A DNA stretch of 64,000 bases from Squalus acanthias (GCA_030390025.1 JASTWF010000351.1:124001-188000), one strand, 5' to 3'. Shown: positions 48,101 through 62,109, counted from the stretch's first letter. The notes: generated by a model from the sequence alone, not told the origin. Numbers and translations are program-made.

Positions 48101-51100
48101 ACCAGCTGCAGGTCCTTCAGCGCGCCCTTCTTCTCTTCGTACACCTTCCGCAGGGCCGGGTCCTCGACGACTTGACCGAGACGGGACTCCAGGTCGAGCA
48201 CTTCTTTCTCCAATCGCCCGACCCGGGCCTCCCGCCTCTTGGTCGACCCCTTCGCGTACTCCTGACAGAAGATGCGGACGTGAGCCTTGCCCACGTCCCA
48301 CCATAGCCTCAAGGAGGGGAAGCCTCCCCGCTTCCTTCTCCAGTCGGCCCAGAACCGGCGAAACGAATCCCGGAACTGCGCGTCCTCCAGCAGCAGGTTG
48401 TTAAAATGCCAGTACGCGGACCCCCCCTGCGCGCGCAGCGGAGCGAGCTCCGCCCACACCAGGTGGTGGTCCGTGCACGGCACCGGCCGCATGGAAGCCG
48501 CCGGAACGCAGGAGACGTACGCCCGGGAAATGTAAAGGCGGTCGATTCTGGACCTTCCTCCTCCAGACCTCACGCTCGTGAAGGCGCTGGAGTCGGGATG
48601 GAGATTTCGCCAGACGTCCACCAAGTCGAAGGACCCGACCAGGTCCCGCAACTTCTCCATCGTCGCCGGGCTTCGCGGGGGACCCGACCGGTCCCGCGCC
48701 TCGAGGGTACAATTGAAATCCCCCCCGAGGATGACGCACTCGCCCACGTCGATGGAGCCCAGAAGAGCGGACACTTCTCCGAAGAAGCGCACTTGCTGCG
48801 CACCGGTCCGGGGGGCGTACACGTTCACTAAATGGAGCGGCACGCCTCCCAGGCAAACAGTGACCTGGAGCAAGCGGCCCGGCACGTGCTCCTTGACCCT
48901 CAAGATCTCCGGCTGAAAATGCGGGGCCAGCAAGACAGCCACCCCGCAGGAATTGTTAGAGAGGTGACTCATGCTGACCCCTCCTTGCCACTCCAGGAGC
49001 CACGTGGCCTCGTCTCCCAGAACGGTGTGGGTTTCTTGCAGGAAGCACACCGCATATTTCCCGTCCCGAAGGACCGAGAAGTTATTGAATCTACGGCGCG
49101 CCTCCCTGCTGCCGTTGATGTTGAGGCTGGCTATGGTTATCTTCATCTCAGAAGCATAGTGCAACCTCTACCTAACGGAGGGGAGGGAGCGCGGTCACTG
49201 ATGACCGCCACTCCCTCAGCAGCCCAGTGTGGAAACTCTTGAGCCGACGCAGCTCGAGCCGGCCAACGTCCTTGTCCGCGCCCATGATTTTAACGGCGGC
49301 GCGGACGGACACGACGAGCAGCGCCAGCTCCGACCACTTGTCGAGGGCCAGCCGGATCTTCTTGTGACGACCCTGGCTCATGGCCATAAAATCCCAGAGT
49401 TCCCCTACGGGGATGAGGGGAGAGTCGGTGAAGGGCACGAGGGCGTCCATCACCTCGCCGCCGATGGACTCCAAATCGTCCTCGATGCCCACCACCGAGT
49501 CCCCGTCCTCCTCCGGGAGGTCGTCACCGGCGGCCGACCCGTCCGTCGCACGGGGTGCAGCGAACGGCTCGGCCGCACCGGCCGGCCCCGCCTCCGTCAC
49601 GATCCCACCCCCAGGATCGGTGGCAGAGGAGTCCACCCTGGGCTCCTTCAGGGGCGCCGGGCCGGGAGGCGGCGGCGGTTCGGGCCCCCCCCCCCCCCGC
49701 CTCAGGCGCCGGAGCGACCGGAGAAACCGGGGAGAAAATAATCTCAAAGTCCTCCAGTACGTCCGGCGCCAACATCAGAGACGGAGTCAGGGGGCTTTCT
49801 GTCTCCCCGCCACCAACCTCCGACCCAGCGGGCTGGGGATTGTTATACTCCTCCACCAGGTCGAGCAGTCCCTGGGAGATATCTGGATTGTAAAACGCGG
49901 GCTCGGCTTCAGCCTCTTTGGCCTCGCCCGCCCCAGTCCCCAGGACGCCTGACCCGGCGAGGAGCAACGGTTCCGGAACTACATTTTCTTCCGCGGGTTG
50001 TTCTGCGCCCCCCCCCACGGGCAGGGTCTCTTCCCCATCCCCGGGAGGCATAGGTCGGACAGACTCGGCTGTCTCACCCTCCCGAGGGACAGGCGACCCC
50101 CGCCGCTCGCGCGCGACGATGACGGTGGTGGGGTGGGGCGCAGCACCCGCGGCGGGCGACTCCCCCCCTTCTGCGGAGGGACCTTCCTCCTCGCAGTCCT
50201 CCTCCTCCTGGGGGCGGAGCTTTCTTTTTAACATGTTGGGGCCCGGAGAGGGGGAGGCCTCCATGTCTGCTGGGGCCTCCCTCTCTGCCCCCTTCCGACG
50301 ACTGGGTTTCTTGGGCCCCTCGGGCCCGAGCCCGGCCGCAGGTCTTGATTTAGCTGCCTCGGCAGTTGCGATCACGGTCACGGGCCCGGGCACGAGGACC
50401 CCCCCAGTCTCAGGCGTCCCGATCAACTCCGCGATGTACTCGGGCGTGAGTTCGGTCAACTCGGATGTTTCCTCCACGAGGGGATCCGCCCCTAGGTGTT
50501 TATTTTTCCTACGCGCCTTCCTTCCCCCCGGAGGCCGTGGTGGTGTTGGCCTCCGATTTCGACCGCGCATCCGTCGCCGTCGACGCGCGGACAGTATCAG
50601 GGGGAGGGGGGGGCGGCGGCGCCAGCCCTGGCCGCGCCAGGTGTCGTGGCGGCCTTGGAGGCGGGGCAGTTTTTGCGGACGTGCCCCACCTCCTTACAGG
50701 CGTAGCACCGCACGCCGTCCGAGGTCCAGAAGACGCGGTGGGCGGTCCCCCCGTGGAGCACCGTGAACGCGCCATCCGCGTCCTCCTCCCGCGCCAGCCG
50801 GACGAAAAGCTGGCGCCGGAAGGAGAAGACGTGCCGAAGGCTGGCTTCCCGGAAGCCGAGCGGGATGGGTGTGATCCCCGACCTCACCTCCCCCAGTTGA
50901 CGTAGGTGGGGGAGGAGGAGCTCACCCGGAACAAAGGGCGGGACGTTGGAAACCACAATCCTTTGCGCGGTGGCCTCAAGGGGGTCCACCGGCAGGAAGG
51001 TCCCGCCCACGGTGAGCCCCTTCTCGATGGCCAGGGACACCGCCCGCTCCGACCCCAGGAAGAACACAGCCTTGCCGTACATTTTAGAGGCGGCGACGAT

Positions 51101-52304
51101 GGCTGAAGGGCCGACAACCCCAGCCATGGCTTTTACGCACGCCTCTATTGTCATATTGGGGTGAGTGTAGCTCTTGACCCCATTCTTCCTCGTAAGGAGG
51201 GTAAAAGGTGACGGGGTAACAGGAGGACTCGTGGCTGCGGCCGTGGCCGCGGCTGCCACGCTTGCGTATGTCCTCGCTGCCCCCGCCACCGACGAAGATG
51301 TGCTCGCCATAATGGACGGGTCTTTTAAGGGCTACACTCACCCCAAGTCACAGGCCTGAAGGTGTTAATGGCCTCTGGTTTTTTGTTTTTGTTTTCCCCT
51401 GAGCAGAGGGAGCTCTTAAATTGAAGGCACACCTCTCCCTTTATATGATTGAATTGGGAGAGGGGCCTTCTCCCCTCTGCTCAATAGGTACTTAATTAAA
51501 AGTTTTAATGAGGTGCCTCTTAGAGAGAGAGGCAGAGAGAGACAAGAGACAAAGAGAGAGAGAGAGGGGGTGGGAAGGAGGGAAGCCGCAAGGGCAGGTT
51601 CGCCACTCAGGATGGTGGGTGGGTGGGTGTTGGCAGGGGGGTGCACTCTCCGATGTAATAAAAGTCTTTGGTGGTGGTCTTCTGGTGGGGGGAGAAGATG
51701 TCTTCACCTGGGATAGCTGGAGATGCCCAGGCTCAGTCCTGCACCAGGTCTTAACGATGCCCAATAAGATTAAATTAATTGGGGACTTCACCTAGGCAGC
51801 TCCAGCTGCCCCAGGTCAGGCAATGGAAAGGGGTGTTTATTAGTGGTGTGTGCGGCCTAGTTTTTACAAAAGCCACACACACACACACACACACCCCTTG
51901 GATGTTCCGGCCTTGTTCTTGTCTTCTTTCCTCCCCCCACCTACAAAACAAAGTCTCTGGGAGAGTGCACCAGAATCACACCCACCTGTAGCTGTTCTTT
52001 CCTTCCTCCCTCCTTCCAAACGGTTGATGGTTGTTGTGTTGTTTTCACCCCTCTCTCCCTCTCCTAAAATGGAGGCCAATTGAGGAGGCAGTGATGGAAA
52101 GGCCTCTCCTCTGGTGTTATTGGCCTTGGCCTTCCTTCCTTTCTTTTCCTTCTCCTCTCCTGTCCTCTCTCTCCAGGCACCTCAGTTGTGGTTGTGGTTG
52201 TTGGTGGTGGTCTGCTGTCTGGTCTCCTTCTCCTCTTCCTGGTCACAGAGACCACCACTCTGCTGCTGCTGCTCCTCACTCTCCTTCTCCTGGCTGCTGA
52301 GGCA
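45174..52304 (-). mobile_element. Tx1 array piece 4: full-length copy; ORF1 51310-49172 and ORF2 49146-45248 with stops and frameshifts
   Basis: 670-aa EN-RT ORF 47152..49164; stops at 47152 and 46768; frameshift near 45780. Confidence 0.95.
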
Positions 52305-52317
52305 ATAACCTGGTGTT

Positions 52318-55300
52318 GATCTTTTTGGTTTGACAGAACGCAAATTTACTGTAAATCAATTAAAACTTTAAATGAAACCTAATAAATCAAATTAAAATTT
52401 GAAAGTCCGGGGTGACGATGCACTCCAGTCCCCGCGGCGCCCACCGGTCGCGGAAAAACTCAAGCGTGCCGGCGGACACCGCGTGCTCCATCTCCAGGGC
52501 CACCCGGGCGCGAACATGGCCGCGGAAGAGAGGCAGGCAATCGGGCCGAACGACCCCCTCGACCGCCCGCTGCCTGGACCAATTAATGGCTTTCTTGGCC
52601 AGGCCCAGGAGCAGTCCTACGAGGAGGTCCTCCGACCTACCCGCTCCCCTCCGCACCGGGTGACCGTAGATCAGGAGCGTGGGGCTGAAGTGCAACCAGA
52701 AATTGAGGAGCAGCCCCTTCAAATAATGAAAGAGGGGCTGCAACCTCTCACATTCAACATAAATGTGATAAACGGACTCCTCCAGGCCGCAAAAATGGCA
52801 AGCAGCCTGGGAGTCCGTAAACCTACTTAAAATCCTATTGCACGGGACTGCTCCGTGCAACACCCTCCAGGCCAAGTCCCCAATAGAACAAGGGAAGACT
52901 CCCGCGTAGAGAGCCTTCCAATGGGGACCTTCGCCTCCGCCGGACGGCAGGATGGTACGCCAAGGCGTGTCCGGACGGCAGACGAAGATGGCAAAGTGGA
53001 GAGTGTGCAGGAGCAGCCCGTACAGGAAACGCCTCCGTGCGGATTGAAAGGGCACGGAGGGCATTTCTCCGAGAAGGCTCAAGTGGTGAGGCGGCGGCTC
53101 CCGAGGGAGGATTCGGGGCCGGGCGCCGATAAGGAATTCCGTCCGAACGGGGGTCAGTTCGGACGGGATCGCCCCACGTGCTTGAGCCTCCTCGACACAC
53201 CTAGTGGAGACGGGGCCCAGTGCCACTTTTAGCGACTCGATGGCTTTGACCGCGAGCCGGACGTTGACCCAAGACATGCGCCTCGCCAACTCCTCCGGCG
53301 CCATCCAGCCCGCTCCTCCGCCATCGAGCAGGTCCCCGACTCTGGTCACCTTACCGGGCACAGCCCTGCCCTCCGCCAGCCAGCCGAACCCGCGGTCGTG
53401 GAGGTGCGGATTCCTGAACAGCGGCTCCCGAAGGACGGCCGCCGCTCCTGACGGGGGAGAACTGCGCTCGGAGGCGACGCTGTTCCAAACCCATAGCAGT
53501 TCCTGGTAGAAGACAGGCAGCTCCCGCAGGCTGGCACGCGTGCCACCCACTCTCACAAACAGGAGCTGCGTGTCGTAATTGAGGCCGTGCAGCTGGCGGA
53601 AGAAATACGTCGCCAGCGCACGCCACCTAGGAGGATTCTCCACGTACAGGTATCTCTGCAGCGTCTGAAGACGGAAAGTCGCCGCCTGGGTGCGAAGGCA
53701 CACCAGCGCCTGACCGCCCTCCCTAAGCGGGAGACTCAAAACCGCGGCAGAGACCCAGTGCTTCCTTTTGTCCCAGAAGAAGTCGACGAGCTTCTTCTGC
53801 ATCTTGGCGACAAACGCAGGGGGAGGGATCAAAGTGACCAACCGGTACCACAACATGGCGGCCACCAGCTGGTTTATGACCAGCGCTCGACCCCTGTAGG
53901 ACAACACTCGGAGCAGTCCTGTCCAGCGCCCTAGGCGAGCGGTGACTTTGGCCTCCAGCTCTTGCCAGTTCGCCGGCCAGGCGTCCTCGGCCGGGCTGAG
54001 GTAGACTCCCAGGTAGAGGAGGTGCGTGGTGCTCCAGGCGAAAGGCCCGAACTCCTCCGGCAGGGAGTCCACCTGCCATGGGCCCACCAGGAGTCCAGAA
54101 CATTTCTCCCAGTTGATCTTGGCGGAGGATGCGTCCGAGTAAATCTGCTGGCATTCTCGCATCCTCCGCAAGTCGACGGGATCCGTGACCGCGAGGAGCA
54201 CGTCATCGGCGTAAGCCGAGAGGACCACCTCCACGCCCGGCCCTTGCAGAGCCAGTCCCGTCAACCTCTTCCGCAAGAGGCGCAGGAAAGGCTCCACGCA
54301 AACGGTGTATAACTGACCGGACATGGGGCATCCCTGACGCACCCCCCTCCCGAAGCGAAGGGGCGCCGTCAAAGACCCGTTAACTTTAATCAGACACTCC
54401 GCGGCGGCGTACAGAAGTCGGATCCGGGCGACGAAATGCGTCCCGAACCCGAATGCGCGCAGAGTCCCGAAAAGATACTCGTGATCCACCCTGTCGAACG
54501 CCTTCTCCTGATCCAGGGAAAGGAAGGCGACCGACAGACCAGCCCTCTGGGAATGGTGGACCAGGTCCCGGACCAGATGGATGTTATCGTGGATACTCCG
54601 GCCCGGGACCGTGTAGGACTGGTCGGGGTGGATCATGCGGGCCAGCACGGTGCCAAGGCGAGCAGACATAGCCCTGGCGAAAATTTTGTAGTCCGTGCTG
54701 AGGAGGGAGACCGGGCGCCAGTTCTTAAGTAGGCGGAGATCGCCCTTCTTGGGCAGCAGGACGATGACCGCCCTGCGCCAAGAGAGGGGCATCTCCCCGG
54801 TCGCCAGACTTTCCCCCAGGACCCGCGCGTAGTCGTCCCCCAAGACGTCCCAGAACGCCCTGTGGAACTCCACGGTCAGCCCGTCCAGCCCCGGGGACTT
54901 GCCTCTCGAGAGCTGGCGCAGGGCGCCGGTCAGCTCCGCCAGGCTTAGCGGAGCTTCTAAATTATCGGCGCCCTCCGGGCCGACCTTCGGCAGGTCCTCC
55001 CACAAAACTCTGCGCGCATCCTCGCTGGACGGATCCGAAGAGAACAGAGCCCCGTAATAGGCCCGGGCCTCCGCGCTGATGCCCTCCGGATCCGAGACCA
55101 GAGATCCGTCGTCGGCCAGCAGCCCCAAGAGCTGCTTACGGACCCCCCGTCTTTTTTCCAGCGAGTAGAAGAAGGGGGAGCCGCGGTCCAGGTCCCGCAG
55201 GAACTGGATCCGCGACCTCACGTACGCGCCTCGGGACCCGACCAGCTGCAGGTCCTTCAGCGCGCCCTTCTTCTCTTCGTACACCTTCCGCAGGGCCGGG

Positions 55301-58300
55301 TCCTCGACGACCTGACCGAGACGGGACTCCAGGTCGAGCACTTCTTTCTCCAATCGCCCGACCCGGGCCTCCCGCCTCTTGGTCGACCCCTTCGCGTACT
55401 CCTGACAGAAGACGCGGACGTGAGCCTTGCCCACGTCCCACCATAGCCTCAAGGAGGGGAAGCCTCCCCGCTTCCTTCTCCAGTCGGCCCAGAACCGGCG
55501 AAACGAATCCCGGAACCGCGCGTCCTCCAGCAGCAGGTTGTTAAAATGCCAGTACGCGGACCCCCCCCCGCGCGCGCAGCGGAGCGAGCTCCGCCCACAC
55601 CAGGTGGTGGTCCGTGCACGGCACCGGCCGCATGGAAGCCGCCGGAACGCAGGAGACGTACGCCCGGGAAATGTAAAGGCGGTCGATTCTGGACCTTCCT
55701 CCTCCAGACCTCACGCTCGTGAAGGCGCTGGAGTCGGGATGGAGATTTCGCCAGACGTCCACCAAGTCGAAGGACCCGACCAGGTCCCGCAACTTCTCCA
55801 TCGCCGCCGGGCTTCGCGGGGGACCCGACCGGTCCCGCGCCTCGAGGGTACAATTGAAATCCCCCCCGAGGATGACGCACTCGCCCACGTCGATGGAGCC
55901 CAGAAGAGCGGACACTTCTCCGAAGAAGCGCACTTGCTGCGCACCGGTCCGGGGGGCGTACACGTTCACTAAATGGAGCGGCACGCCTCCCAGGCGAACA
56001 GTGACCTGGAGCAAGCGGCCCGGCACGTGCTCCTTGACCCTCAAGATCTCCGGCTGAAAATGCGGGGCCAGCAAGACAGCCACCCCGCAGGAATTGTTGG
56101 AGAGGTGACTCATGCTGACCCCTCCTTGCCACTCCAGGAGCCACGTGGCCTCGTCTCCCGGAACGGTGTGGGTTTCTTGCAGGAAGCACACCGCATATTT
56201 CCCGTCCCGAAGGACCGAGAAGTTATTGAATCTACGGCGCGCCTCCCTGCTGCCGTTGATGTTGAGGCTGGCTATGGTTATCTTCATCTCAGAAGCATAG
56301 TGCAACCTCTACCTAACGGAGGGGAGGGAGGGCGGTCACTGACGACCGCCACTCCCTCAGCAGCCCAGTGTGGAACGTCTTGAGCCGACGCAGCTCGAGC
56401 CGGCCAACGTCCTTGTCCGCGCCCATGATTTTAACGGCGGCGCGGACGGACACGACGAGCAGCGTCAGCTCCGACCACTTGTCGAGGGCCAGCCGGATCT
56501 TCTTGTGACGACCCTGGCTCATGGCCATAAAATCCCGGAGTTCCCCTACGGGGATGAGGGGAGAGTCGGTGAAGGGCACGAGGGCGTCCATCACCTCGCT
56601 GCCGATGGACTCCAAATCGTCCTCGAAGCCCCCCACCGAGTCCCCGTCCTCCTCCGGGAGGTCGTCACCGGCGGCCGACCCGTCCGTCGCACGGGGTGCA
56701 GCGAACGGCTCGGCCGCACCGGCCGGCCCCGCCTCCGTCACGATCCCACCCCCAGGATCGGTGGCAGAGGAGTCCACCCTGGGCTCCTTCAGGGGCGCCG
56801 GGCCGGGAGGCGGCGGCGGCGGTTCGGGGCCCCCCCCCGCCTCAGGCGCCGGGGCGACCGGAGAAACCGGGGAGAAAATAATCCCAAATTCCTCCAGCAC
56901 GTCCGGCGCCAACAACAGAGACGGAGTCAGGGGGCTTTCCGTCTCCCCGCCACCAACCTCCGACCCAGCGGGCTGGGGATTGCTACACTCCTCCACCAGG
57001 TCGAGCAGTCCCTGGGAGATGTCTGGGTTATAAAAGGCGGGCTCGGCTTCAGCCTCTTTGGCCTCGCCCGCCCCAGTCCCCAGGACGCCCGACCCGGCGA
57101 GGAGCAACGGTTCCGGTACTACATTTCCCTCCGCGGGTTGTTCCGCGCCCCCCCCCACGGGCAGGGTCTCTTCCCCATCCCCGGGAGGCACAGGTCGGAC
57201 AGACTCGTCTGTCTCACCCTCCCGAGGGACAGACGACCCCTGCCGATCGCGCGCGACGATGACGGTGGTGGGGTGGGTCGCAGCACCCGCGGCGGGCGAC
57301 TGCCCCCCTTTTGCGGAGGGACCTTCCTCCTCGCAGTCCTCCTGCTGGGGGCGGAGCTTTCTTTTTAACAAGTTGGGGCCCGGAGAGGGGGAGGCCTCCA
57401 TGTCTGCTGGGGCCTCCCTCTCTGCCCCCTTCCGACGACTGGGTTTCTTGGGCCCCTCGGGCCCGAGCCCGGCCGCAGGTCTTGATTTAGCCGCCTCGGC
57501 GGTTGCGGTCACGGTCACGGGCCCGGGCACGGGGACCCCCCCAGTCTCATGCGTCCCGACCAACTCCGCGATATACTCGGGCGTGAGTTCGGCCAATTCA
57601 GATGTTTCCTCCGCGAGGGGATCCGCCCTTATGTGTTTATTTTTCCTACGCGCCTTCCTTCCCCCCGGACGCTCTCCTTCCTCCCCGCCGGAGGCCGTGG
57701 TGGTGTTGGCCTCCGATTTCGACCGCGCATCCGTCGCCGTCGACGCGCGGACAGTATCAGGGGGAGGGGGGGGCGGCGGCGCCAACCCCGGCCGCGCCAG
57801 GTGTCGTGGCGGCCTTGGAGGCGGGGCAGTTTTTGCGGACGTGCCCCACCTCCTTACAGGCGTAGCACCGCACGCCATCCGAGGTCCAGAAGACGCGGTG
57901 GGCGGTCCCCCCGTGGAGCACCGTGAACGCGCCGTCCGCGTCCTCCTCCCGCGCCAGCCGGACGAAAAGCTGGCGCCGGAAGGAGAAGACGTGCCGAAGG
58001 CTGGCTTCCCGGAAGCCGAGCGGGATGGGTGTGATCCCCGACCTCACCTCCCCCAGTTGACGTAGGTGGGGGAGGAGGAGCTCACCCGGAACAAAGGGCG
58101 GGACGTTGGAAACCACAATCCTCTGCGCGGTGGCCTCAAGGGGGTCCACCGGCAGGAAGGTCCCGCCCACGGTGAGCCCCTTCTCGATGGCCAGGGACAC
58201 CGCCCGCTCCGACCCCAGGAAGAACACAGCCTTGCCGTACATTTTAGAGGCGGCGACGATGGCTGAAGGGCCGACAACCCCAGCCATGGCTTTAACGCAC

Positions 58301-59414
58301 GCCTCTATAGTCATGTTGGGGTGAGTGTAGCTCTTGACCCCATTCTTCCTCGTAAGGAGGGTAAAAGGTGACGGGGTAACAGGAGGACTCGTGGCTGCGG
58401 CCGTGGCCGCGGCTGCCACGCTTGCGTATGTCCTCGCTGCCCCCGCCACCGACGAAGATGTGCTCGCCATAATGGACGGGTCTTTTAAGGGCTACACTCA
58501 CCCCAAGTCACAGGCCTGAAGGTGTTAATGGCCTCTGGTTTTTTGTTTTTGTTTTCCCCTGAGCAGAGGGAGCTCTTAAATTGAAGGCACACCTCTCCCT
58601 TTATATGAATTAATTAGGAGAGGGGCCTTCTCCCCTCTGCTCAATAGGTACTTAATTAAAAGATAATGAGGTGCCTCTTAGAGAGAGAAGCAGAGAGAGA
58701 CAAGAGACAAAGAGAGAGAGAGAGCGGGTGGGAAGGAGGGAAGCCGCAAGTGCAGGGTCGCCACTCAGGATGGTGGGTGGGTGGGTGGGTGGGTGTTGGC
58801 AGGGGGGTGCACTCTCCGATGTAATAAAAGTCTTTGGTGGTGGTCTTCTGGTGGGGGGAGAAGATGTCTTCACCTGGGATAGCTGGAGATGCTCAGGCTC
58901 AGTCCTGCACCAGGTCTTAACGATGCCCAATTAGATGAAATCAATTGGGGACTTCACCTAGGCAGCTCCAGCTGTCCCAGGTCAGGCAATGGGAAAGGGG
59001 TGTTTAATATGGTGTGTGCGGCCTAGCTTTTACAGAAGCCACACACACACACACACACCCCTTGGATGTTCCGGCCCTCTTCTTTCCTCCCCCCACCTAC
59101 AAAACAAAGTCTCTGGGAGAGTGCACCAGAATCATACCCACCTGTAGCTGATGTTATTTCCTTCCTCCCTCCTTCCAAACAGTTGATGTTTGTTGGTGTT
59201 GTTTTTCTCCCCTCTCTCCCTCTCCTAAAATGGAGGCCAATTGAGGAGGCTGGTTGGAAAGGCCTCTCCTCTGTTGTTAATGGCCTTGGCCTTCTTTTCT
59301 TCTCCCTCTCCTCTCCTGTCCTCTCTCTCCAGGCACCTCAGTTGTGGTTGTTGATGTGTTGGTGGTGGTCTGCTGTCTGGTCTCCTCACTCTCCTTCTCC
59401 TGGCTGCTGAGGCA
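52318..59414 (-). mobile_element. Tx1 array piece 5: full-length, nearly intact copy; ORF1 58470-56313 and ORF2 56287-52387, one frameshift each
   Basis: ORFs 57757..58470 plus 56313..57878, and 55541..56305 plus 52387..55452 (1021 aa); both breaks lie in G/C homopolymers. Confidence 0.96.
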
Positions 59415-59427
59415 ATAACCTGGTGTT

Positions 59428-59780
59428 GCTCTTTTTGGTTGAACCCAAATTTACTGTAAATCAAATTAAAACTTTAAATGAAACTTAATAAATCAAATTA
59501 AAATTTGAAAGTCCGGGGTGACGATGCACTCCAGTCCCCGCGGCGCCCACCGGTCGCGGAAAAACTCAAGCGTGCCGGCGGACACCGCGTGCTCCATCTC
59601 CAGGGCCACCCGGGCGCGAACATGGCCGCGGAAGAGAGGCAGGCAATCGGGCCGAACGACCCCCTCGACCGCCCGCTGCCTGGACCAATTAATGGCTTTC
59701 TTGGCCAGGCCCAGGAGCAGTCCTACGAGGAGGTCCTCCAACCTACCCGCTCCCCTCCGCACCGGGTGACCGTAGATCAG
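59428..59780 (-). mobile_element. Tx1 array piece 6: 5'-truncated 3' end; PLE target resumes at gtgttgtgcgacttctca
   Basis: ORF 59493..59762; junction gatcag|gtgttgtgcg. Confidence 0.92.
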
Positions 59781-60135
59781 GTGTTGTGCGACTTCTCACT
59801 TTTGTCCACCCCAGTCCAACACCGGCATCTCCGCATCATGACCACTATAGAATTTGAAAGGGAGAGATGGAATAAGGCAAAAGGAATAAAAAAATGTCCG
59901 GAAATCTTTGGCTAATAGTGAATTTATTAACTTAATTCGCTGGTTTAGGAAAATATTGGCGGGCTTTTTGAAATTACAAACCGTTGGCGGTTTGACTGTT
60001 GAGGACAGTTATTGCCATACAATTTTCAATGGCGGGAAAAACTAGACCGTGATTGGTCACCGGAAAACACCAATGAAATTCACCAGAGAGCGTCCAATCA
60101 GAAGTTCGCTATCTGCATTCCTCCAGAAGGTATAA

Positions 60136-60582
<447 letters not shown>

Positions 60583-61126
60583 AGCCGACAAGATTCAATC
60601 TAATAACCCAAAGGCTCTTTTCAGAGCCACTCACTGTATCTGTGAAAGGGCTGGTTACTGTTCTGTTCTATGGGTCACAGTAAACCCAGATCTAATTGAA
60701 CATGTTAAATCTTTACAATTAAGCTGGGAGTTTCCTGATCAGAAATGACCCTCAGACATTCTCGGGTTATAAACGGGACTCAAGTGTCGGACATGTAGAA
60801 ATCTAGATCGACAAACACTGCAGCGGGTTTGCTTTTAGTGGATATTCAGATCAGTGATTCAATATAGAGAGGGACCGACTTCAGAGAAAAACAAAACACA
60901 TGGAGCCTTAACGTGAGACCAGACGTCATTGAACACGTTGTAAGAGCCGAATATGAACGGAAGTTAAGAACCGAGTATAAAGCGAATGAGCGGTTGATGG
61001 GCTCACCGTTTCTTAATTGGGCAACTCACAAAACCTGCAGGAATAATCCACTTGGGGATTCCACAAGGAGCAGGGCGTTTCTCAGACAGCGAAATATTTT
61101 TATTCTACACGAAAGAGACGCCAACA

Positions 61127-61374
61127 GGCAGCGGGCGGTCGAGGGGGTCGTTCGGCCCGATTGCCTGCCTCTCTTCCGCGGCCATGTTCGCGCCCGGGTG
61201 GCCCTGGAGATAGAGCACGCGGTGTCCGCCGGCACGCTTGAGTTTTTCCGCGACCGGTGGGCGCCGCGGGGACTGGAGTGCATCGTCACCCCGGACCACC
61301 AAATTTTAATTTAATTTGTTAAGTTTCCTTTAAAGTTTTATTGAGTTACAGTTATTGGTTTATCAAAAAAGAGG
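61127..61374 (+). mobile_element. 5'-truncated Tx1 relative with a diverged 3'UTR at a different target; 14-bp TSD
   Basis: RQRAVEGVVRPDC...PDHQILI; aagagacgccaaca at 61113-61126 and 61375-61388. Confidence 0.9.
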
Positions 61375-62109
61375 AAGAGACGCCAACACTGCGCTTGCGC
61401 TCTAAACAAAAGTCTGCTCCTCCCTCTCCCCGCACCGTGTTTTAAAGCGACAGGATGGGCTCATGTGAGCTCCCCTCCCCCAGCTCTGCCAGCGGATTCC
61501 GTTTCCTCTGTGCTCGGCTGATGATCGCTGAACACATCAGGGAGTGGAGATATCACGGGCCCGAGTAATGGAGCAAACAACAGCCTCCTTGCAGCAGCTC
61601 ATGGCATTGGGTCTGTGTCCGGAGTTGGACTTTGAGTCGGGGTAAGTTCATCGGAAGCCGGGGACTGTTTGTAAGTGAAAGAATGGAACAGGAACTAATA
61701 CCGAAACATGGAGTGAGTGGGGGAAGGGAGAGGCCATTCTCGGGCTGTGTGTGTACAGTGTAAGGTAACAGAAAGTGAATCATCTCGCTCTTTCAAATCT
61801 TTGCTGCTTTCTCCAAATCATTAGTGAATGTTCCTGATTCAGTTCCAATCTCATCGTGTCTGTTATTGTTCAGTGAACAGTGGAAACACAGCCTGACTGT
61901 GAGGATGTGTGGAGATTCACAAAGTGCATCTATTGCAGGCACTAGGTGAGAAGTGTGAAAGAACACCTTCCAAAAATTGGTTATTTCGTTTGGGTGCGTT
62001 GAGTTCTCCAGAACCGTGTTGCTGGTGATCGAGAGATACATTGTGGCTCCCTCAGATACATCAGGATCCGGGCTCTGAGACATTCTGTTAAATATTCAGG
62101 CCCGCAACT

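Noticed and set aside
55555..55575. Programmed ribosomal frameshift in Tx1 ORF2
   Set aside because: The copy at 48421 is in frame, so a homopolymer indel is the simpler explanation.
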